NCBI GenBank assembly: GCA_019694435.1
Contig: JAIBBZ010000017.1
Location: forward strand, 41,565-105,564
Direction: 5' to 3'
Origin: Pirellulales bacterium
GTDB taxonomy: Bacteria; Planctomycetota; Planctomycetia; Pirellulales; JAEUIK01
Length of the DNA: 64,000 nt
This document shows, one piece after another, positions 53,969 to 61,930 of this stretch. The notes under the pieces are model-generated. The model ran no database searches and was not told the origin of the DNA. It worked only from the letters and a program-made list of their open reading frames with translations. Positions within the stretch are counted from its first letter, which is position 1. The number at the start of each line of letters is the position of its first letter. A program made the translations under genes and the position numbers.

Positions 53969-55034
53969 AATCTTCCTCCGCCAACAGAGTATCCGCCGCT
54001 ACGGCCCGTTTCAGCCTGCGGCCCAAAACTTCCGGCAGGCGGGCCGCAGCGATTCCCGTCCCCGGTTTCTTGAGTGCCAGGTCGGTTTCAGCCAGGACGC
54101 GCCCCGCCGGCAGGTCCGTGGCCGCGACCACGCTCTTGCCGAACAGCTTGCGCAATTCCGCCATGTCGCCCGCGGCCGTTTCTTTGTCCACGGGATGCGC
54201 CAACGCCGACTCGATGAACCGCACGCCCTCGACCAACTGGGCCAGCTCGGCCGTCGTGACCGAGGCCTTCACGTCCGGGCCGAAGCATTCTTTGGAAAAG
54301 ACGACGTGCATTTCCAGCAGATTGGCCCCCAGGGTCGCCGCCGCGAGCGAGGGAAAGATCGTTCCGGAGTGATCCGAGAGGCCAACCGGCACGCCGTAAC
54401 GCTCGCGTAACTCGGCCAGCACGTTGAGCCCTACTCTTTCGGGTGGGCAGGGGTACGCCGTGGTGCATTGAAAAATGCCCACCGCCGCCCCCGCCGCGAC
54501 GATCGTCTCGACGGCCTGGTCGACGTCGGACCACGGCGACATGCCGCTCGATAGCAGCACGGGACGCCCGGTCGAGGCCATCCGTCGCAGCATGGGCAGG
54601 TTGTTGACTTCGCCGGAACCGACCTTCCAGGCCGGAACTTTCAGTGCGTCGAGCAAATCGACGGCCTGCATCGAAAACGGCGTCGACAGAAACACCAGGC
54701 CTGCCTGTGCGGCATGGTCGGCCAGGCCGCGCCATGCGTCGGGCGTGAATTCCATCCGCCGCCAGTAGTCGAAGCGGGTAGCATCTTGCGGCGAGAACTT
54801 CACGCGAAACTGTTCGCCGGGCGTCGATTCGGCCGCGGCGATATGCGTTTGAAACTTGACCGCGTTGGCGCCCGATCGCGCGATCGCATCGATGTAGGCG
54901 TGCGCGGCGCCGAGGCTGCCGTCGTGGGCCTGGGCCACCTCGGCGATGACGAAGCACGGGTGGCCGGGACCCACGGCGTGCTGGCCGATTTGGAAGGAGG
55001 CTGGCCGCAAGGGCTTTCCGTTTGGGGCGGGCAA
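53961..55034 (-). CDS. neuB: N-acetylneuraminate/nonulosonate synthase
   Basis: IAEVAQAHDG, VKFQTH, STPFS, KVGSGE, CTTAYP, GLSDHS, C-terminal SAF/AFP-like domain (KKPGTG). Start uncertain. Confidence 0.9.
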   Translation of the reverse strand: MPAPNGKPLRPASFQIGQHAVGPGHPCFVIAEVAQAHDGSLGAAHAYIDAIARSGANAVKFQTHIAAAESTPGEQFRVKFSPQDATRFDYWRRMEFTPDAWRGLADHAAQAGLVFLSTPFSMQAVDLLDALKVPAWKVGSGEVNNLPMLRRMASTGRPVLLSSGMSPWSDVDQAVETIVAAGAAVGIFQCTTAYPCPPERVGLNVLAELRERYGVPVGLSDHSGTIFPSLAAATLGANLLEMHVVFSKECFGPDVKASVTTAELAQLVEGVRFIESALAHPVDKETAAGDMAELRKLFGKSVVAATDLPAGRVLAETDLALKKPGTGIAAARLPEVLGRRLKRAVAADTLLAEEDFE

Positions 55035-55045
55035 GTCGTGCCGCG

Positions 55046-57088
55046 TCAGGTGACCGAGGAGGTGGTCGTTGGTTCCGCGGCTTCTTCCGCCTCGCGGGAA
55101 TCCGCGGCGGCACTCGTTTCCGGCAAGTCCGAGTCGGACTGGTCCGCGTCAGGTTTCGGCGACAGATGCCGGCCGTTGCCGTTGGCCGTGGCGACCGACG
55201 TGTGCGGAGTCGGCTTGCTCGCCGCTTCGCCGGCTTTCGCTTCGCCGCCCAGCCGATACTCGGGCACCAACTCCTTGAACTTCAGCTTGATCGCCTCGGC
55301 GGGAGCATGGGCCAGGGCGGTCAGCTCGACGATACCGCGGCGCACCTCCGCCAGTGCGTAGGGCCGGTGATATGCAGCGAACACCTTGGGGTGCGGCGTG
55401 GTCAGCATCTGCTCGTCGTCGAAATACAGCTCTTCGTAGAGCTTCTCGCCGGGCCGCAAGCCGGTGAAATGAATCTCGATGTCGTCGGTGCTGAAGCCGG
55501 ACAGTTGGATCAGGTCTTGGGCCAAGTCGACGATCCGCACCGGCTCGCCCATGTCGAGGACGAAGATCTCGCCCCCTTGGCCCATGGCGGCCGATTGCAG
55601 CACCAACTGCGAGGCCTCAGGAATGGTCATGAAGAAGCGTTCGATCTCCGGGTGCGTGACCGTGATGGGCCCGCCGCGGCGAATCTGTTCCTGGAAGATC
55701 GGCACGACGCTGCCGTTGGAGCCCAGCACGTTGCCGAATCGCACGACGACGTACTTGGTTTGGGCCTCTTCGGCAAAGGCGTGCACGAACCGCTCGGCGA
55801 GCTGCTTCGAAACACCCATCACGCTCGTGGGATTGACCGCCTTGTCGGTCGAGATCATCACGAACCGGTCGACGCCGTACTCGTTGGCCAGTTCGGCCAG
55901 CAGCTTGGTGCCGAGAATGTTGTTCTTCACCGCCTCGCCGGGGTTGTGCTCCATCATGGGCACGTGCTTGTGCGCCGCGGCATGAAAGATCACGTGTGGC
56001 CGATGCTCTTCGAGCACGGCCCGAACCCGGCGCTCGTCGGTGATGTCGGCGATGCACGGGCAGAGCCGGGCCTGGGGGATGGTCCGGTGCAGCTCCTGCT
56101 CGATCAGAAACAGCGCGTTTTCCGCCTGTTCGACCAGCACGAGCGTCCGCGGGTTGAAGCGCAGGACCTGGCGGCAGATTTCCGACCCGATGCTACCGCC
56201 GGCGCCGGTCACCAGCACCACGCGATCTTCGAGCAAGTGCCCGATGGCTTCGCTATTGAGCTGCACCGGCTCGCGACGCAGCAAGTCGTTGATCTGCACG
56301 TCGCGGACCTGCAACCGGTAATCGCCGGTCAGCAGCTCGTCGACGCCGGGTAGCACCTTGACGTTCAGATTCGCCGTCTGGCAGCGATCCATCAACTGAC
56401 GCAATTGTTTGCCCGAGAGATGGCCCGAGACGACCAACACGTCTTCGACGTCGTAGGCGATGCCGAACCGGGCCGCATCTTCCGGACGGCCGAGCACGGG
56501 GATGCCGGCCAGGATCGAGCCGTGGCGCGACGCGTCCTGATCGAGGAACCCGACGATTTGATACTTGAGCTGCGGATCGACCTGGAGCTGCCGGGCCAGC
56601 GACTCGCCCGAGTGGTTCGCGCCGACGATCAGGGCCGCACGGTAGTCCTTGCGGTTGAACAGCGGCAAGACCTCTTCACGCGACATCCGCCACAGGGCGC
56701 GCAAGCCGCCCAGGGCCACGATCGTCATGGCCCAGTCGACGGCCAAGGTCGTCCGCGGGATGCGCGTCTCGGTGACCATGAAGTAGTCGACGGCCGCCAG
56801 GACCAGCGTCGACAACGTGGCTGCGCGCAGCAGCAGTCCCAAGTCGGAAAAGGCCACATAGCGCCAGGAAACGTGGCAATGGCCCAAGGCGTAGAACACC
56901 GTGAGCTTGATCACCAGCACGGCCGGCAGCGTAATCCAGAACACCGTCTGAAAGCGTTCGGGCAAGGTGAAGTCCGAACGCACGCAGACGGCAAACCAGT
57001 AGCAGAATCCGAAGACCACCGCGTGGACGAACAGCGCAAAGAACGACCGCTTCGTCAACCGGCGCGAAGGCTGTTTGTTGACCATCAT
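55046..57088 (-). CDS. Membrane-bound UDP-GlcNAc 4,6-dehydratase (PglF/CapD/WbpM type)
   Basis: Four N-terminal TMs, TGAGGSIGSE, HAAAHKHVP, STDKAVNPTSVMG, RFGNVLGS, GLRPGEKLYEEL. Confidence 0.93.
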   Translation of the reverse strand: MMVNKQPSRRLTKRSFFALFVHAVVFGFCYWFAVCVRSDFTLPERFQTVFWITLPAVLVIKLTVFYALGHCHVSWRYVAFSDLGLLLRAATLSTLVLAAVDYFMVTETRIPRTTLAVDWAMTIVALGGLRALWRMSREEVLPLFNRKDYRAALIVGANHSGESLARQLQVDPQLKYQIVGFLDQDASRHGSILAGIPVLGRPEDAARFGIAYDVEDVLVVSGHLSGKQLRQLMDRCQTANLNVKVLPGVDELLTGDYRLQVRDVQINDLLRREPVQLNSEAIGHLLEDRVVLVTGAGGSIGSEICRQVLRFNPRTLVLVEQAENALFLIEQELHRTIPQARLCPCIADITDERRVRAVLEEHRPHVIFHAAAHKHVPMMEHNPGEAVKNNILGTKLLAELANEYGVDRFVMISTDKAVNPTSVMGVSKQLAERFVHAFAEEAQTKYVVVRFGNVLGSNGSVVPIFQEQIRRGGPITVTHPEIERFFMTIPEASQLVLQSAAMGQGGEIFVLDMGEPVRIVDLAQDLIQLSGFSTDDIEIHFTGLRPGEKLYEELYFDDEQMLTTPHPKVFAAYHRPYALAEVRRGIVELTALAHAPAEAIKLKFKELVPEYRLGGEAKAGEAASKPTPHTSVATANGNGRHLSPKPDADQSDSDLPETSAAADSREAEEAAEPTTTSSVT

Positions 57089-57385
57089 CTTGTCCGCATG
57101 CATCCTTTCGCAGTGAGGTCCAGCCGAACGGCCGAACCCAACCGAGCCGCGTTGCAATCCTGCGTTGCGGACGGCGCCACGCACCGCCTGAAGCGGTCGC
57201 CTGCTGCGACATTCAGCCGGTGTCTCGAAAGCCCCCACCGAGCCCTGGCCGGGGCAGGAAATGACGCTGATAACATTCGAAGAGAGGAATCTGCACCCCC
57301 GCGGCAGCATAATTCCCCGAAGCGGTCCAGGCAAGTAACCGCTGGGTGCAGCATCACGGCGTTTGGGCAGCAGATAGATGGCATA

Positions 57386-57964
57386 TTAGCGGTCGATTCG
57401 CTCAACGGCGAAATCATCCAGTTCGACCGACGCGCCCTGCTGGAGAAATCGCACGGCCACGAGCAACCGCTTCTGGCCGCGGCGCTCGACAACCTCTCCC
57501 TCCAGACCTGCTAGCGGTCCAGATTTGACCCGCACCGCCATTCCGGGTTGAACCAGAGCCTCGGGCGTGGGTGCCAGCCCGCCGGCGATCAGCCGATGGA
57601 TGCGGCTCAAGTCGGCCACCAGCTCTGCCGCGCAGGGCACTTCGAGGCACCGCGATACGCACTGGGTGGTCAGCGCTCGGTGCCGTTCGTCGTTGTCGCC
57701 GCGGAGAAAGACGTAACCGGAAAACAGGGGCAGATAGCTGGTGCGAACGCGGCCTTGCGGGGAGCGCTGGCGCCGCGGCACGAGCGGGCCATAGTGGGCC
57801 AACTCCAGCGCCCGCAGCCGCCGCAGCAGGTCTTTCTCGCGCCGCGGCAGCGTGTACAGCGCCCACCATTGCGCCGACTGATTCGCATGCCCCGCCGGAT
57901 CGCTCGCGCAGGCCTCGAACAAGTCGGCCGGGTAGACATCGGGTTCAGCGGGCAGAATCGGCAT
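57386..57964 (-). CDS. NusG paralogue antiterminator (RfaH/UpxY-like)
   Basis: WWALYTLPRREK, PLFSGYVF, KOW motif GMAVRVKSGPLAGLEG. First gene of the glycan operon. Confidence 0.9.
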   Translation of the reverse strand: MPILPAEPDVYPADLFEACASDPAGHANQSAQWWALYTLPRREKDLLRRLRALELAHYGPLVPRRQRSPQGRVRTSYLPLFSGYVFLRGDNDERHRALTTQCVSRCLEVPCAAELVADLSRIHRLIAGGLAPTPEALVQPGMAVRVKSGPLAGLEGEVVERRGQKRLLVAVRFLQQGASVELDDFAVERIDR

Positions 57965-58525
57965 CTTGCATGGTGCCATGGGCCAGAGGTGCACGGCGCG
58001 CACTCCGTTCCCGTGGGTGACCATCGTCCCCTGAGTTTTGACCTGGAACACGCTTGATTTGCACGGGCGTTGGCATCCTTACCTCGAGTTTCGGGGCATC
58101 CGAATCCTGAATGCCCCGCGTCAGGACGGGTGCAAGAGAAATGCCGAGGGGGCAAGGTCCCCCCACTGACCCTCCGCTTCGTTACCGGCAGACTATTCGA
58201 TCGCGCACAATCCGCACGTCCGTTACCTCCCGCGCGCCGTTCTCCCGGAGCCTGTCGCCCAGAAGCAACGCCAAGGTGGCAAAAAACCACGCCCGAATAC
58301 TCGGATTCGCGGGGCGGCTGACCATTCCCTGGGAATCAATCCCGGTCGAGAAGGGTTCGAAGACCGTCGCATTCCCCTGGCGACGGAGCGGCCGGAAATT
58401 GCTGGGCAGGCGACGCGCGGAAGCGAGCGAACCTGCGCTCCTTTCGCCGCATCACCGGCGTGCCGCAGCAGACTCGATCCCGGCACCCCGCGTCCTCCTC
58501 CGGATGATTTTGCGCGAGTGCCTTG

Positions 58526-58553
58526 AGTATATCCTTGACCCCTCGAACATCAA
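58526..58553 (-). promoter_or_regulatory. Probable promoter of the nusG-paralogue / glycan operon
   Basis: Minus strand TTGATG-16 nt-TATACT, about 560 nt upstream of the start codon. Confidence 0.45.
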
Positions 58554-58683
58554 GCAATCTCGGCGACGAAAATTCTTGATTCGACAGGGTTTACGCCAAT
58601 CTGGCCCAAATAATTTGCCTATCCCGGGCAGCCGGCCTGAAGGGGGGCCGCGGCCGTGGCCGATCCACTGTCGGCCGGGCAGT

Positions 58684-60873
58684 TCAGCTCTTGCCGCGAT
58701 GCCAGAACTGCCGCCCCCGGATTGACCGAACACCCTGGCCGCCGAAACGCATTTCGAGCCGTACCTCGGGGTCCGGGGCGGCCTCGACCGACAGCCGGTG
58801 CGAGCCTTTGGCCAGGTGCACGGGCAGGATTTGCAAGTTGCCGAAGTGCGCGCTCTTCCCGTCGAACAACAGCTTGTCGTCTACGCGCAATTTGAGCCGC
58901 CCGTCGTGGCGAATGTGGAACTGGTAGACCTCGGCCGCGGTCACGTCGAAATAGCCGGAAAGGATGAACGGCTTGTCGACGCTTCCGCCAGCCTTCAGGA
59001 ACCAGTCCTTGTTCGTCAGATCGGTCACGACGCGCGGTCTTGCCCCCCCGGCCTGAAACTCCAGGCCCTCGACGTGGCCGGATAGGGTTTCGCCCTTCAA
59101 GGGGGCCGGCGGTTCGACGACAAAGTCGATCGGCTGCGAGATCACGTGCTGGCGTGGTCCGCCCTTGCCGAGAGCGATGGCCCGGAGCCGCACGGGCCCC
59201 AGCCCAAGCTTTTGCGGTTCGATTTCGAGTTGCCCCTGTGCGCCTTTGATCGTGCCGAGCAGCCGCGAGTTGGAATAGACGGCAATGCCCAACGCGTCGG
59301 CGGCCGTTGCCGACACGACGAGCGGCTGCTCCCATTGGGGCTTGTCGGACGAGACTTTGAATTCGACGTTGCGTCCGTTGTTCTCGAACCACACGGGCAG
59401 TACGACGCGCCCCTGCGTGGCGATCGGCGAGGCATCGACGGCGACCACGCGGATTTCGTGAAAGCCGTCGATCAGGCTTGCCGTGTTGAGCGTGAAGCTT
59501 TCGCCGGCGGCGCAGATCGTGTGCCGCACGCCGTCGACGAACAGCTCGAAGCGATCGACCTCGGTATCGCCGGACGATTCGGCCGAAGGGGTGATGGTCA
59601 GGGTTCCCTTGACCCGCTGGCCGGCGGCAACGCCTTGTACGAACACCTTCGGAATCTTGGCCCAGGGCTGGCACAGCAGGTCGCCGACGATCAGCAGCTG
59701 GTATGGACCGCTGACCGATTGATAAAACGCTTCGGCCAGGCTGCAGCCACGCGTGTAATGCACCTGGATGAACGCCGTGGGAAACTTTTCCGCGATGGCG
59801 AACGGCTCGGTGACTGTGCCGCTCGCGCCGGCGGCCCCGTAGCGCAGCCAATCGCTCAGAGGCGACTGGCTGGCGCCTTCGCTCAGGTCGCCGCCGAAGC
59901 TGGTGAAATGCTCGCAGATCGCACCGGGACCGATCGAGCTGTTGGCCTTATTCCATTCCAGCAGTGCGGTGCCCACGACGGCGCCGCGGACGTCGTTTTT
60001 CGCGCGAGGTACTTTGCCGCGAAAGATCTCCGCCTCGATGCCCAGCTTCTTGATCTCGGCGACGGCGACTTCGAAATTGCCCTCGCGAACTTTCGAGCGG
60101 ATGTTGTCGTTGGCCTGGCTGTCGGGGTTCTGGCAGAGGTAGATCGTGCCCTGCGGTGAAGTGCCGTCGGCCAGCGCTGCCGATTCCAGCATCCGCAGCG
60201 CCTCGTTGACCGAGTTGCCGCGGCCGCAGGTCACGGCCAACATCGTCGAGAGCACGTAGTGCCGGCCGCCGGCCTCGAGCAGTTCGCCCCGGTCGCTCCA
60301 GCCGTACCAGTTGCGAAACCCCTGGCTTTCCGGGGCGTCGGCGCCTTTTTTGGTGCTGCGATAATAGCCGTTGGCGCTCAGCCCGACGTAGTTCAAGTCG
60401 CGCGTGAGCACCATGTCCCAGAGGTACGTCAGCCCATTGAGCGAGGCGACCGGCGTGAATTGCTGAGGCAGCTTTTTCCCGGCCAGGTCTTCGCTGATGT
60501 CGATCGCGAAGGGAAAATCGGCCGAATAGACGATCGCGTCGATCTGCGTGCCCAGCCCGCGGGCACGGATCGCCTTGATCAACGGGTCGAGGATCTTCGT
60601 GCGGAAATTCTCGATCGAAGTCGACTCGACGCCGAGTTCCCAATCGAGATAGACGACGTGGCTCGACGGGATTTGCCGGAGCCGCATGTAGTGGTTGGCC
60701 ACCGTAAGCGAGGCCCAACTGCGGGAGTTCACGACCAGGATGACGTTTTCCGGTCCGAGACCCGCGCGCGCGGTGTCAGGCCACAGGGCGACCAGGAACG
60801 ACAGGGCCAACGCCGCGGCGCAGGCTCGGCGGCGGCCGGCGTCGTTGCCGCAGATGGCACGTGCGTCGGCCAT
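58684..60873 (-). CDS. TIGR03790-like secreted protein with C-terminal Ig-like/PA14-like domains
   Basis: Signal peptide, VVNS..S..VANHY...RQIP, FTSFGG, GASGTVTEPF, SLAEAFYQS, IVGDLLCQPW. True start is ATG 60873, not the longer ORF-track start. Confidence 0.75.
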   Translation of the reverse strand: MADARAICGNDAGRRRACAAALALSFLVALWPDTARAGLGPENVILVVNSRSWASLTVANHYMRLRQIPSSHVVYLDWELGVESTSIENFRTKILDPLIKAIRARGLGTQIDAIVYSADFPFAIDISEDLAGKKLPQQFTPVASLNGLTYLWDMVLTRDLNYVGLSANGYYRSTKKGADAPESQGFRNWYGWSDRGELLEAGGRHYVLSTMLAVTCGRGNSVNEALRMLESAALADGTSPQGTIYLCQNPDSQANDNIRSKVREGNFEVAVAEIKKLGIEAEIFRGKVPRAKNDVRGAVVGTALLEWNKANSSIGPGAICEHFTSFGGDLSEGASQSPLSDWLRYGAAGASGTVTEPFAIAEKFPTAFIQVHYTRGCSLAEAFYQSVSGPYQLLIVGDLLCQPWAKIPKVFVQGVAAGQRVKGTLTITPSAESSGDTEVDRFELFVDGVRHTICAAGESFTLNTASLIDGFHEIRVVAVDASPIATQGRVVLPVWFENNGRNVEFKVSSDKPQWEQPLVVSATAADALGIAVYSNSRLLGTIKGAQGQLEIEPQKLGLGPVRLRAIALGKGGPRQHVISQPIDFVVEPPAPLKGETLSGHVEGLEFQAGGARPRVVTDLTNKDWFLKAGGSVDKPFILSGYFDVTAAEVYQFHIRHDGRLKLRVDDKLLFDGKSAHFGNLQILPVHLAKGSHRLSVEAAPDPEVRLEMRFGGQGVRSIRGRQFWHRGKS

Positions 60874-60965
60874 GAAGAGTTGCACTCCCTGCGCTGGCTT
60901 GCGATTCCTGGCGGTTCGCCGAGCAGTCGCGTCCGCCGGCGCCGTAGAGCAGAGTTCCCGTGGGA

Positions 60966-61727
60966 TCAACCGGCCGGCGTTTCGGCGGCGGGCTCGCTCG
61001 TCTTGGCCGTTTCCGGCTTTGGCGCTGCGGGCGTCGTCGATCCCTCGGACGGCGCAGCCGCCGGCGCATCGCCAGGGAACAGCGCCAGGCTCACTTTCGG
61101 CACGACCGCCTTGATGAAGCGCACGCACGGATGTTGATCGTCGAGCGGCCGATCTTCGTCCGACGGCAGGATGCAGTACATCTTGTACAGCGCCGCGCCG
61201 GTGCCGTACTTCAAGCGGGGAAACAACGGGGCCTCCCAGCCGGTGCCGTGATTCCAGGCCCAGAAGATCCGCAACGTCTCCTTGGTCTCGCCTTGCTGTT
61301 TGCGGAAAACCGTGGTGTTGAACTGGGCTTTCTGGCCGTCGGATGTTTCGATCGTGATCGGCTCGACCTTGCCCAGCATTTGGAAGCCCGCGGCGACGTA
61401 ACAGTCGTCCGGCGTGTGAATCGCGACGTGGCGCGGCTTGCCGCAAACCAGGAAGCAACCGATCTTGTCGCCCGTTTTCACGTTGCGAAATTCGCGCGAC
61501 TGGTGGGCCGTGACGTGGGCCTGGGCCAACTGCTTTTGGTCGACCGGCTGGGTTTCGCCCTTCCAGTCGCCGATGAACTCCGGCACATTCGCGATCCGCG
61601 CCGAGGCCGACTTCAGCTCGGCATCGAGTTCGGCCTGGTTCCAGCGTTCGGACCAGTATCCTTGATAGTAGGTGGAGATCGCCAAGACGATCAGGACCGC
61701 CGCAATCGGCAATGCCAGGCGAATCAT
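60966..61727 (-). CDS. Exosortase-associated EpsI-family protein
   Basis: N-terminal anchor, PEFIGDWKG, HTPDDCYVAAG, RIFWAW, LYKMY. Confidence 0.8.
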   Translation of the reverse strand: MIRLALPIAAVLIVLAISTYYQGYWSERWNQAELDAELKSASARIANVPEFIGDWKGETQPVDQKQLAQAHVTAHQSREFRNVKTGDKIGCFLVCGKPRHVAIHTPDDCYVAAGFQMLGKVEPITIETSDGQKAQFNTTVFRKQQGETKETLRIFWAWNHGTGWEAPLFPRLKYGTGAALYKMYCILPSDEDRPLDDQHPCVRFIKAVVPKVSLALFPGDAPAAAPSEGSTTPAAPKPETAKTSEPAAETPAG

Positions 61728-61930
61728 GGCTCAAACCTCGCAAGAACTACCCAAGGGCGAAATATCTGCCGGCCGTGCGACACGCAGTCCGTGATCGGAC
61801 GATCCAGCACCAACCAGCCGGCGAAACGTCAGGGTACCACGGCGTTCGACAGGTCGTCGAGACGCCGTGGTACCGTGTTCAACTCTGAATCTCCAGCGAC
61901 AGCGTCGCGACAGCGCATACCCCCGACCGA

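Noticed and set aside
58684..61743. 1019-aa ORF overlapping the EpsI gene (possible fusion or overprinting)
   Set aside because: The N-terminal ~290 aa are Arg/Gly/Pro-rich shadow translation of the EpsI frame. A signal peptide starts at ATG 60873.
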